From contig OZ253564.1 of the NCBI GenBank assembly GCA_965262915.1, positions 2,272,001 through 2,336,000 on the forward strand: 64,000 bases of DNA, read 5' to 3'. This stretch comes from Candidatus Spongiisociaceae bacterium (lineage in GTDB: Bacteria; Actinomycetota; Acidimicrobiia; Spongiisociales; Spongiisociaceae). A model generated the notes under the pieces. It was given only the letters and a program-made list of their open reading frames with translations. It was not told the origin of the DNA and ran no database searches. Position 1 is the stretch's first letter, and each line of letters begins with the position of its first letter. The translations under genes and the position numbers were made by a program. This document shows positions 21,768 to 32,300 of this stretch, piece after piece.

Positions 21768-21992
21768 GGGGTTCGTCGGGAAAGGCGAGTGTAGATACTC
21801 GACCTGGCCCTGCCGTGCCTCCCCCGTCTGAGTTTCTTTGGCAAACTGGTGTCCGTAGGGTGTTCAGATCGTGAGCGGGATCTCCCGGCCCTCAAAACGG
21901 CTTCTAGGCCTTTGGGTGGTGTTGGTTAACGTTCTGGACACGGTTTCTGGGGTGCTACCGCCCGAAACTGGCGGTTCGAACTAGAAGTCGAG
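21768..21992 (+). repeat. dispersed ~230-260 bp non-coding repeat, copy 1
   Basis: Colinear with the reverse complement of 61263-61521, sharing AAAGGCGAGTGTAGATACTCGACCTGGCCCTGCCG and CTAGAAGTCGAG. Confidence 0.85.
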
Positions 21993-22342
21993 GCCTAGGC
22001 CGGCCGACCCCTGATTAACCGCCCTTCTGTAGACGGTTACCGTGTTATGGCTCACGGTGTTGTGATGGCAAGGGGGACTGCCGCGGTCCGGTTGTGGGCT
22101 CAGCCCGGCCGGGAGCGCGGCGTCCGCGGAGTCCGGTGCAACGCCGGTTGCTGCGATGCACAGACAACGAGCATCAGATGGCGCGCTCATGAACCCATCT
22201 GTCGTTCGTGGCCTTGATCACGCCGCAACGAGCTTCAGAGGTGCTGCGACAGGAGTCGGCGAACCCGCGGCGGGCGCTGAATCACTCGCCGCCGTCTATC
22301 GAGGGCGGCTCGGCTCCCAATCACCGCGCGAGCCGCTGCGAT

Positions 22343-22690
22343 TCAGCTCGGTATGTCCAGGATCAATCCGAGAAGATCACGGATCTGCGACACGGCGACG
22401 CTACCGACATTCCCGCGTATGTGGTTGGCCCGGCTGGCGGCGACTGCACGAATGTGCTGGCACTGAGCGGCGGACCGGCGGTCGAGGCCGTTGGTCGAGT
22501 CGACATCTATCACCACCTCCGACGCGAACCCTCGAACAGCCGATGTGAGCGGCACTACCTGAACGACTGTCGGCGTGGCATCCAGCACGCGCTGCGCGGT
22601 CACCACGACTGCCGGACGACGGAAGCCCGCGTCGCTCCCAGTCGGATGGCCGAGGTCCATATCGACCACATCACCCGAGGTCAGCATCAA
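22343..22690 (-). CDS. mazF: PemK/MazF family toxin
   Basis: GDVVDMDLG.P.G..AGFRRPAVVV, VVPLTS, AQCQHIRAV. Confidence 0.85.
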   Translation of the reverse strand: MMLTSGDVVDMDLGHPTGSDAGFRRPAVVVTAQRVLDATPTVVQVVPLTSAVRGFASEVVIDVDSTNGLDRRSAAQCQHIRAVAASRANHIRGNVGSVAVSQIRDLLGLILDIPS

Positions 22691-22865
22691 GCCACTTCGT
22701 CTCGTCGGCCGTCAACGCGCCGCGGAGATCCCTGCCGATCAACTCCTGGCGCAATCCCCGAACCGCCAGAGCAACCGTGGCGCCAACCGTCGCTCCAAGA
22801 GTCGACGCCAGCTTCTTGATCTCTTGATGGGTTGCGCCGTCAATCCGGACACTCGTACTCTGCAT
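22671..22865 (-). CDS. antitoxin (ribbon-helix-helix-like)
   Basis: 64-aa gene overlapping the mazF start; STSVRID, WLDADL. Confidence 0.7.
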   Translation of the reverse strand: MQSTSVRIDGATHQEIKKLASTLGATVGATVALAVRGLRQELIGRDLRGALTADETKWLDADLG

Positions 22866-23229
22866 GCAATTATGCTAACAGAAGTGCCTGCCGATTCTGT
22901 TGCCGCCGAACCCAGCTTGTCGGTGCTTGCCTGCGCCTCGGCTGGAGTGATCCCCGCCACAGCTCGAGGCCGGTGCGAGGCGTGGCGGGTTCTCGTCCTG
23001 CACATCCAGACTGCTTCGTGTCGTGGACGCCCGACGCGTCGCCGCGGAGAGTGCCCCAGTTGTTCTCGGCCGTCGGGATGGTGGTCGTGCTTCCAGTAGA
23101 TGTGCCGCCTGACGAAGACGAATCGTGCCGGGGGCGGGGCCGTGGTTCTCGTCGGGGTACGACCTTTGCGGCAGACTGACGCCGAAAGCAACAGGCACGA
23201 ACAGTCCACGGAACCCGGCAATTCCGCGC

Positions 23230-23661
23230 AGGGCCGAGTTGTTTCTCCAGCGCGGGTGTGACCTTGTCGGGTGGAACGAAGCGGACCACGGCGTCGGCTG
23301 AGCGTTCTCTGTTTGCTGTGACCGGAATGAAGAAGATTCTGAGGCAGTACTCGGGGCTGGTGAGAACATCGTCGTCGACACCTGTACGGTGGCCCGCAAG
23401 GAAGTTCGATACGTCCGCGGGGAGCTGCGCTTGTGCCTTCCGCAGAGATCTCAGCGACCCGTCGTTTCGGAACCCGCTCAGCTGGAGCGGTACGGCTAGG
23501 CGGTCACCCAAGGCGGCGTCCTCCCCGAACTGGGCGACCAATAGGTTCTCGAAGTTCAGGAGCATCGCCTGTGCTTCACCCGCCACCGCAACGTCCAACG
23601 CGGGCAGATCCCTGGCTTCAGTGGGCGATATACCATTCGCCCACAACAGCGCCTCCAAGTG
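23230..23661 (-). pseudogene. DUF3644-like protein fragment
   Basis: GEAQAMLLNFENLL..FG..L..PLQLS..YCLRIFFIP..AN...ADAVVRFV. Confidence 0.55.
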
Positions 23662-23829
23662 ATCGTCAACATACCCACCGCTGCACGCTGGGGGAGTGTT
23701 ACCAGGGCCGTCGGATGGTTATTCGTGTGCTGGTCACTTCTTCGGACGCGGTGAAGAGGGGGGAGGCGTAGGTGTTCAGCTAGGACTAGAGCCGACCACG
23801 AGTCCAGGCTGTCGAGAGCGCACAGCCCG

Positions 23830-23954
23830 GCACGGGCGAGGGTATCGGCGTAGCTGCGTCGGGCGTTCGCCGATAGTGGCTTGGCCGCTAGGAAGCCGTC
23901 GACGGCGTGGCCGAGGGAGGGAACCTGGGGGTCGAAGGCTGCAACTTGGACCAT
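23830..23954 (-). pseudogene. tyrosine recombinase N-terminal fragment
   Basis: LGHAVDGFLAAKPLSANARRSYADTL (SAM-like N-domain); upstream inverted repeat ACCGGAGATA..TATCTCCGGT at about 24048-24076. Confidence 0.5.
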
Positions 23955-24286
23955 CCTTTCTCCTCTCTTACCGGAGATATTCAGCAGGGTTCATACCGGC
24001 TGGGCGTTGCTATAACCCCTGTATATCGGGGGTTTGCGATCTGCGGTACCGGAGATATCCTGTCGGTATCTCCGGTTCGGGTCCGCGTGGATTTCCGAAG
24101 ATTCGAAGGCTCCCATGTTGTCTCGGTTGGTGAGTCATCGGGGGGTCTGCGGGGAGTTGTCGAGGACTCTCCAATCAAGTGGTCGACACACCAAGATCGA
24201 CTGACAGAGACGCCACCGACCGTGTCTATGTTGCTCAGGCTTGGGGAGTTCTGGCTGAGGGTGGGTCGCCGTGATGGGAGCGAGGC

Positions 24287-25399
24287 CTATGACGAGGTCG
24301 TGAGGGAGTAGTTGGTACTGCGACCACGTGCGGAACTTCGGACGAGAATTCCGTCGTTTACCAGGGCTGCTATGTCGCGTAGGGCGGTGTCTTGGGAGCA
24401 TTTGGCCAGTTTTGCCCACTTCGAGGTGGTCAGCTTGCCCTCGAAACCGTCCAGGAGTCGGTTGAGAACCCTGCGCTGCCGCACGTTGAGCGGGACGCCC
24501 TCGTTCTGTTGCCAGAAGCGAGCTTTGGTGAGCACAGATGCCAGGGTGGTCTCGGCTCCGTCGATGGCTCGGCCGAGGCACGCTAGGAACCATCCCATCC
24601 ACTCCGAGATGTCCGGTGTTGCCTTCTGGGTTCGTTCCAGGATGTGGTAGTAGGCGCGGCGTTCCACCCGGATCTGCGACGACATGCTGTAGAAACGCTG
24701 TGAACTGTCCTCCGAGCGGGCTAGGGCCATGTCAGTGATCGCCCGGGCGATGCGCCCGTTGCCGTCGTCGAAGGGATGGATGGTCACGAACCACAGATGC
24801 GCCAGCGCCGCCCGAAGCACGCCGTCAGTATCCGACGGCTCGTTGAACCACCTAAGGAACGCTTCCATTTCGTTGTCGATCCGCTCGGCCGCGGGTGCTT
24901 CGAAATGCACCCGCTCCTTGCCGATGGGTCCGGAGATCACTTGCATGGGTCCGGTACGGTCGACGCGCCAGCCGCCCACGGTGATCGGTCGCATCCGGCT
25001 ACGCCCGGTTGGGAAAAGAGCCGCCTGCCAACCCCACAGCCGGTCTCTTGTCAGGGACAGGTCATAGTTGCCGGTTGCGTCCAGCATCATCTCCACCACG
25101 CCCTCAACCTCGTCCTCAGCATGGCGAAGACCACCGATGTCCATACCGAGGCGACGTCCGACAGAGGAACGGACCTGTTCCAGGTCCAGCCGTTCCCCCT
25201 CGATGTCGCTGGACTTGTGAACATCCTGGGTCAGAGTCTCGAGAATCGCCTCCTGCCGAAGATCGAACCCCAGCGACTGCATCTGGCCCACCAAACGTCC
25301 CTGTTTGTAGCGGACAGCAGCGAGGCGGTCCGCCAGACTGTCTGTCTGCCAGCGGAGTTGGGGCCATCCCGGCTGTTCATGAATATATAACCGCCGCAT
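24287..25399 (-). CDS. Fic family protein (DUF4172-Fic-HTH)
   Basis: YIHEQPGWP N-terminus, HPFDDGNGRIAR, C-terminal wHTH SQDTALRDI..GRSTNY. Confidence 0.92.
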   Translation of the reverse strand: MRRLYIHEQPGWPQLRWQTDSLADRLAAVRYKQGRLVGQMQSLGFDLRQEAILETLTQDVHKSSDIEGERLDLEQVRSSVGRRLGMDIGGLRHAEDEVEGVVEMMLDATGNYDLSLTRDRLWGWQAALFPTGRSRMRPITVGGWRVDRTGPMQVISGPIGKERVHFEAPAAERIDNEMEAFLRWFNEPSDTDGVLRAALAHLWFVTIHPFDDGNGRIARAITDMALARSEDSSQRFYSMSSQIRVERRAYYHILERTQKATPDISEWMGWFLACLGRAIDGAETTLASVLTKARFWQQNEGVPLNVRQRRVLNRLLDGFEGKLTTSKWAKLAKCSQDTALRDIAALVNDGILVRSSARGRSTNYSLTTSS

Positions 25400-25403
25400 A
25401 AGA

Positions 25404-25432
25404 TGCGGTGATTATAGCAGGTAATCACCGCA
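25404..25432. promoter_or_regulatory. inverted repeat upstream of fic (putative operator)
   Basis: TGCGGTGATTA-N7-TAATCACCGCA. Confidence 0.5.
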
Positions 25433-25641
25433 CCAAGACCCCGGGGATCGCGGTAGCAGCACTCATCGCTGACACCACCAAGTCCGACGGCGAGTGTGAG
25501 TTGCGCATCTGGGAGGGTGCTGGACAAGCGCATTCAGCTGCCGCCTGCGTAATTCCCGATGTCGCAGAGACTATCGGGCTTCTGAGGCTGCTGGCAGGGT
25601 CGGGGACCGCCGGAGCATCGGCCAGCGCGGGAGTCACGGGA

Positions 25642-25715
25642 TTCGCGACTTCGCTACGGTTTTGGGACATTTCGCCAGGGTTTTGGGAATTCGCCAACTT
25701 AGATGGGATCGGACA
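25642..25715. mobile_element. Tn7-like right end of an older upstream element
   Basis: Three tandem sites TTCGCY-N-GGGA starting at 25650, 25671 and 25690, ending GGGATCGGACA. Confidence 0.75.
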
Positions 25716-26246
25716 ACAGCTGTCCGATCCCGCTGTAGTTGGCGAGGAAATGCCCGATTCGCCAGGGTTTTGGGACATAATCGGTCGGTGACGTCCCATC
25801 GAAGTTGGCGAATTCGGAAGACCGGCATCTTGAGGTCAGTCGATAGATAGTTGTCGTATGTTTTAGTAGGTGGACAGTTATCGGTATATGTATACTGCAT
25901 GTTAGTGCGGTGAGAGAGGAGTACGTTTCCTACCTGCTGATACCCGAGGAGGGATCGGTGGATGTATGAATCCGGCCGTTCTTGTAGCCACGTGCGCGCT
26001 GGTCAGGCTCGGCACCATCCGGTAGTTGTACGCGGTTGGGTAGATTGGTCCCTCGGGGATTATTGGTCTCCGCGGGCAGGTGCAGATGTGGAGAGCTGCA
26101 TCCTCTATGGATGTCCGGAGCCCCGGCGCTGTCAAAACGCCGGACACGGGTGAGACCTCAATCCCGGACCCGGCACATGTGGCAATGCCCTATCTGATTT
26201 CTCACTATCATGCTGGCCTGAGAGTGGATCTTGTAGCGGGGGGACC

Positions 26247-27354
26247 TTGCCTGACAGCTACTTCGAGCGTAATGCGGACTACACGCTGAGGTGGCCGAGA
26301 GAGCTATTCGCCGCAGAGGCTGAACTGCTCGTCCGACGCGGGATCCAGATGGGTACAGGACCCGACTGGACGAGCGAGGTGACATTGCTTCTGAAGGAAG
26401 CGTTCATGTCGGATGTGCCCGCCGCGGACTTCGAGGAGGTCGCTCGGAGGAATCGGGAATTGGATGAGGCGCCTTTCTGATTCACCCTTGACTTGGCTCA
26501 GCACTCTCGCGGATGCTGCACCTGCGCTTGCCCCGCAACGCCGGCCGTTGCCGTACTACTCCCAGCGCGAGCCAGGCATTCAGAGCCGTGAGTCGTCACT
26601 GATAGCGGTCGTCAGGCGTGTTCGTGCGCTGGTCGGAGAGCTGGAGGGAAAGCACTACTTCGCTGAGTTTCTAGGTTTCGACTGTGTTGACTATGACGCT
26701 CGCCTGTCTACACCTGAGCTCGAACTCGATCGTCGTATCGGCAAACAGCGTCTGTGGTCGGCTGAACCCGACGATTGGACAGAACCGGACCTTTGCGACT
26801 TCATCGAAGTGTTCCACGACTTGGCTTCGCGACCCACTCAGCTTTCGTGGCATAGTTATAACTATTGCGGTTGGCACCCCGAGGCCTTCTCTCACAGAAC
26901 CGGTCAAGCCCTCTACCGGTGGGAGATGAACCAACTACTCGACTCATCCACTTTCGGGCTCAGGCTTGCTGAGCACGGTCAGGATCTCGGCCGTATGGTG
27001 CGAGCAACCGGTGGCGAGCTAGGACAGATGATCGACGAGGCACTCGCTGCCGAGTCGGCTGCTCATGATTCCATAAGCCATGCGGTCTCCCTCTACCGTA
27101 GACGCGGCGCAACTAGAGAGGACTGCCGGTCAGCAATTCGGGAGTTGGCCGCCATCCTCGAGGAACGTAGGGAGTCGCTAAGACGTCAGCTTCTCAAGAG
27201 GGATGAACAGGCATTGTTCGAGATCGCTAACCAGTTTGATATACGACATCGTAACGCTTCACAATATCAGGAGTATGGCTCTGAGTTCCTAGACTGGATA
27301 TTCTACTGGTACCTGGCGACAGTTCAACTTACCGACCGGCGCCTTGATCGATAG
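26247..27354 (+). pseudogene. AbiJ-like abortive infection protein, probably one gene split by a frameshift near 26480
   Basis: A 77-aa ORF leads directly into a ~290-aa ORF; C-terminus LFEIANQFDIRH..FLDWIFYWYLAT. Confidence 0.5.
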
Positions 27355-27789
27355 CCGTCATGGCCTACTGCATCGGGCTTTCCACCCCCAATCCGACCAT
27401 GGACCCCCCGTGTGGTGGGGGCGAGACAAATGGTCAGCGTGTCGGAGTCGTGAGCGCCAACCGAGGGTTGGGGAAGCGAACTTCGCACTCCCGCTTACCT
27501 CCGACATATACGGGGGGTCTCACGACTGATCATGTATTTACGAGCGGTTTGGGGGCGGGAGGCGTTCCCGCCATTGCCAGCTTCCGGGTAGTGCCGTGAC
27601 CGTGATGTTATCGACGCTCTCGACGCCGGACCGTAGGCCGCTCGAAGTCGAACTGGCCGAGGTGCGGCGCTTTGGCATAACCATGCGGTATGCGACGACC
27701 GAATACCAGGTGTTGCACCCATATCCGCTGGTCGCGAAAGGCCCTGCCACGAACTACCTAGACGACGTGAAAGAAGAGTACGAGTGACC

Positions 27790-28050
27790 TAAGGCTTGCT
27801 AACGGGCGGGTGGCTACGGATCGCTTTTCAAGTCGGCAGCGGCCCGCATCGGGCACTGTCTCGATCACGTCGGTTGGCCATACCAGCCAGGGGCGCGCGC
27901 TGACCGGTACCCGCGGTACGTGGCCCGCGAACATTCGTAAAGCGCATCGGCGTGATCTGCGGCGGTTATGCGGGCACCCGTTGTGGTGCTGGCGGATGTG
28001 GTGGGCTGCTCCGGTGAGGGTCGCGTCGAGGGTTTGTGACAGTGCTTCTA
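27790..28050 (-). pseudogene. degraded ISL3-like transposase N-terminal relic
   Basis: CPH...VPVSARPWLVW resembles the ISL3 zinc-finger region. Confidence 0.3.
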
Positions 28051-28058
28051 CTAGATCC

Positions 28059-28074
28059 TGAGTAATGTTACTCA
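28059..28074. promoter_or_regulatory. inverted repeat upstream of the AAA ATPase gene
   Basis: TGAGTAA-TG-TTACTCA. Confidence 0.5.
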
Positions 28075-28105
28075 ATAGGCGTGTTGATCCGGTACGCTCT
28101 TTGTT

Positions 28106-29365
28106 ATGAGGGGTTTCCAGCGTGCTCAGGTTGCGACTCTGGTTGAGCGGTTGTCGGAGCCGCCCGAGCGTCTTATCGCGATATTCGGCCCGCGACAGAT
28201 CGGCAAGACCGTGGCGGCTCGGCAGGCGTTTTCCTCGATTGGGTGTCCAGGCTCGTACGTGGCAGTTGATGAGCCCGACTCACAGGTGGCGACAGCTTGG
28301 CCGTCAACGGACGCCGCCGACGATTCTGTGTTGGCACCTGGTGTGCGCGACACTCGCTGGCTGACGGATGTTTGGGAGAGGTGCCGTCGCCAGGCGCTGC
28401 GCTCGGAGCGGGGGTACGTTCTGATCCTGGATGAGATCCAGAAGATAGATGGCTGGTCGGATGCGGTGAAGGGGCTCTGGGACGCGGACCGAGCCAGCGG
28501 CTGCCCTATGCATGTTGTTGTTCTGGGTTCGGCACCGTTGCTGATGCAGGCCGGTTTGAACGAGAGCCTTGCGGGACGTTTCGAGCCGATCCGGTTCGCG
28601 CACTGGTCCTATCCCGAGATGTCCGAGGCGTTTGGTCTCAGCCTGGCCCGGTACGTCTATTTCGGTGGCTATCCGGGTGCGGCTTCCCGAGTCCACGACC
28701 AACCGAGATGGAGCGCCTATATCAGGGACGCTCTGGTCGAGCCCATCATTGAGAGGGACGTGCTGTCGATGACGAGAGTCGACAAGCCGTCACTGTTGAA
28801 GCGTCTCTTCGATGTGGGTGCGCTGTATTCGGGGCAGGTGGTGTCGTACAACAAGATGCTGGGTCAGCTCCACGACGCTGGGAATACCACGACCCTCACC
28901 CGGTATCTCAAGCTTCTGTCGGATGCGGGTCTGTTGACGGGGCTGTCGAAGTACACGAAGCGTCCGATTTCCGCGAAGGCCTCCATCCCGAAGCTGAACG
29001 TGCTCAACACGGCTCTGATGGCTGTCGTTTCAGGGTATGACTTTGAGGATGCACGTGCGGATCGCAGCTTCTGGGGTCGTCTGGTCGAGAGCGCGGTGGG
29101 TGCCCATCTTCTTAACACTGCATCGTCTGGCACCGAGGTCAAGTATTGGAGGGACAGGAACTACGAAGTGGGCTTCGTTCTCCAAAGAGGCCCGCGAGTA
29201 GTCGGAATCGAGGTCAAGACGGGAACGGAGCCGGGGAGCCTCTGGGGCTTGGCCGAGTTCGAACGGCGTTTCCAGCCCCTGCGGACCCTGGTCGTGGGGA
29301 CAGGGGGCGAGCCGCTGCACGAGTTCCTGTCGTTGCCTGCGGATTGGTGGTTCGAGCCCGCATGA
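28106..29365 (+). CDS. AAA_14 ATPase with DUF4143 (PD-D/ExK-like) C-terminal domain
   Basis: GPRQIGKT, LILDEIQ, ESLAGR, GGYP, GRLVESAV, YWR..EV.FV..IEVK. Confidence 0.88.
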   Translation: MRGFQRAQVATLVERLSEPPERLIAIFGPRQIGKTVAARQAFSSIGCPGSYVAVDEPDSQVATAWPSTDAADDSVLAPGVRDTRWLTDVWERCRRQALRSERGYVLILDEIQKIDGWSDAVKGLWDADRASGCPMHVVVLGSAPLLMQAGLNESLAGRFEPIRFAHWSYPEMSEAFGLSLARYVYFGGYPGAASRVHDQPRWSAYIRDALVEPIIERDVLSMTRVDKPSLLKRLFDVGALYSGQVVSYNKMLGQLHDAGNTTTLTRYLKLLSDAGLLTGLSKYTKRPISAKASIPKLNVLNTALMAVVSGYDFEDARADRSFWGRLVESAVGAHLLNTASSGTEVKYWRDRNYEVGFVLQRGPRVVGIEVKTGTEPGSLWGLAEFERRFQPLRTLVVGTGGEPLHEFLSLPADWWFEPA

Positions 29366-32300
29366 GCCTCATCGTCGACCGAACCTGCACCGAGATCGAG
29401 ATGGATAGCGACGGCTTGGTCCGTCTTGGTGACAGCAAACCTTTGGGTGGGTTCCGATCGACGCCGGCCTATGTGCTGCTTGGCGATCCCGGCGCCGGCA
29501 AGACGACCGAGTTCGGAAGGGAAGCCGAAATGATGGCAGCGTCAGGCGAAAGGGCCGAGTACGTGAAGGCCCGGGACTTCGTCACGCTGCATATCGACTC
29601 GCATCCGGAGTGGCATGGCAGCGTTCTGTTCATCGACGGCCTCGACGAGATACGATCAGGGTTGGTGGACTCGCGACCTCCGCTGGATGAGATCCGCAGC
29701 CGCTTGGAGCAGCTCCGGCCGCTGGGTTTCCGTGTCTCCTGTCGCGAGGCGGACTGGTTAGGCCACAACGACCGGCAGAACTTGGCGGTCGTCTCTCGGG
29801 ATTCGCGCATAACCGTTGTCCGGTTGGACCCGCTAGACCACAAGGCGGTCGGGCAGATGCTGGCTCAAGAGATCCCCGATTCAGAGATACAGGATTTCAT
29901 CGAAAACGCTCTGTCGTGGGATATCTGGGACCTGTTGGAGAACCCTCTCACACTGCAACTGCTGGTGGCAGCGATCAGCCAAGAGGGCGGTTGGCCACAG
30001 AGTCGACGCGAGACGTTCGAGATGGCCTGCGAGAAGTCGGCAACCGAACAGAACCAAGAGCATCTAATACCGGCCACTTCGGAGTCGTCGACGGCCCTCA
30101 TGAATGCTGCCGGGTATCTCTGTGCTCTGCAACTGCTCTCAGGCCTTGAGGGATACTCACTCCAACCCGGGCTACACGACCCTTCATTCTGGGCTTTGGG
30201 CGACCTCGATGAAACGGTACTTCCTATCCCAAAGCCCAGACTAAGGCGGGCGTTGGCTACGAGGCTGTTTACCGCCGATGACGAAACAGGATTCCTACCT
30301 CGTCATCGCCAGCTGGCGGAGTTCCTCGGGGGCCGCTACCTGGCGAAGCTCGTTAAGGACGGGCTACCCGCCCGAAGGGTGACGGCTCTCATGACAGCTC
30401 CCAGCGATGGACGGGTAGCAACAGCACTCCGAGGCCTGTCGGCTTGGCTAGCGGCACACTCCGCCGAGGCGCGCAGCCTGCTGATCGACTCAGATCCAGT
30501 AGGTGTAGGCCTCTACGGTGACATCAGCGGTTTCAGCACCCGCCACAAGAAACATCTGCTCACGTCGCTGGCTACCTTCGCAACGCAGGGAGCCCTGCTG
30601 GGTTACGGATGGCGTAGGCTCCCGAACGGCGGGTACGGGGACGAAACCGCGTGGGCCTTTCGATCCCTTGTATCCGAAGAAATGGTTCCTGCTTTAGAAG
30701 ATCTGCTCAAACGAAGCGGTGACGAACCAACCACCGACCGGGTCCTCGAGTTCGTGCTACAAGTGCTATCAAACGCCGAGAACACGGATTTGGGACGTCT
30801 GGAGACCCTGGTCCCGGAGGTGGAAGCGATCCTGTGGGATCCGGGCCGACCATCCCGGATACGCCAAGCTGCCCTCGAAGCATACATTCGGGTAGCTCCG
30901 CCGGGTGACACCAAGACACTCAGGCTGAGAGTCGTCTTGGATGCAGTCCACAACCGCACGATCCCTGACCCTGACGACCAACTCGCTGGAACCCTACTGC
31001 GTCACCTCTACCCCAACGACCTCCCACCGGCCGAGGTTTGGCAGTACGCCGGACCTCGGAACAGCCATAGGGACATGCGTAGTTTCTGGGGGTTTTGGGA
31101 CCGTGTTCTCCTCAGGAAGTCATCGCACGAGCAGATCGCGGGCCTGCTGGATGCTCTCTACGAGAATTCCTCCGACATAGTCCCGGTGCTGCAGGACTCC
31201 GGGTTCGAAGACCTACCGGTTCGGCTTCTGGCACAAGGCTTGCGGGCGATCGGTGACGACATCCACCTGTCCCGTCTCTACCAGTGGCTGACCGCTACTG
31301 TCCCTCCGCTCAGATGGCGACGCACTGCCGACGAAGATGTCGACTACGTGCGAACCTGGCTCGAGGATCGACCCCAGATTCAAAAGGCGATGGTTCTGGG
31401 GCGGCTAAAGCCGAATGACAATCCCTACCGCTTCGCTTCGTACCGCGGCTATGCCGGTGATGTCCTACACAACAGCAGACTCCCGGCCGACTTCGGGATC
31501 TGGTGCCTTGATCAGGCGATACAGGTCGCTGCGACGGATCCGGACCTCTCACAGACGCTACTGAAAGAGTCGTTCTACTCGTTGAGGGATCCCAAAATCA
31601 GCAGGGGGTTGACACTCGAGTTGATGCAGGAACGGGTGAGTGGGCTTGCGGCACTGGAGAGACAACTTCAGGAGCTAGACGCATCCCAATCGTCGGCAAC
31701 TTCCGCCAATCGTGATGCACCTTGGCGGAAGGAGATGGAAGAACTCAGAGAACAGCAACTTAAGGAAACCAAGAAACGCCGCGACGACTGGGCACACCAT
31801 CTGCGCACGCAGGAAACCGAACTAAGAGCAAACACCTTCCCCCCTCACAACCTCCACTATCTGGCCCTGGTATGCCTTGCGGAGGGGAGTGGCGTCTACC
31901 CGTCACCCCCCGATCGTATAGAAGACTTGGTCGGCGACGACCGCCGCCTCGTCGAGGCTGTCATGGCCGCGCTGCGCGGTGGCCTGTGGCGCGACGACGT
32001 TCCCGACCTAGACGAGACGATCTCCCTGCGCTCTCAAGCGAAGATGCCATACCTGGCCCATCCGGTACTGGCGAGCATGGACCTGCTGTTCCACGAACCA
32101 GATCACGAGCGGAGCATTGATAGAGCCCAGATGCGGCGAGCCCTCGGTATCTACTACCACTGGGGTCAGCTCGCTCGCGACGCACAGGCTTGTCATGACG
32201 CGTGGTTGCAGCAAGACCCAGACCTGGTATTCGATGTCCTGTACCGTTGCGCGGTAGCAGCACTCCGCAACGGTGACGAAACCCTTCCCGGTGTCTACGA

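Noticed and set aside
29146-29361. 72-aa N-terminal extension of the NACHT ORF in the ORF track
   Set aside because: It overlaps the upstream ATPase gene; the ATGA-coupled start at 29362 is more plausible.
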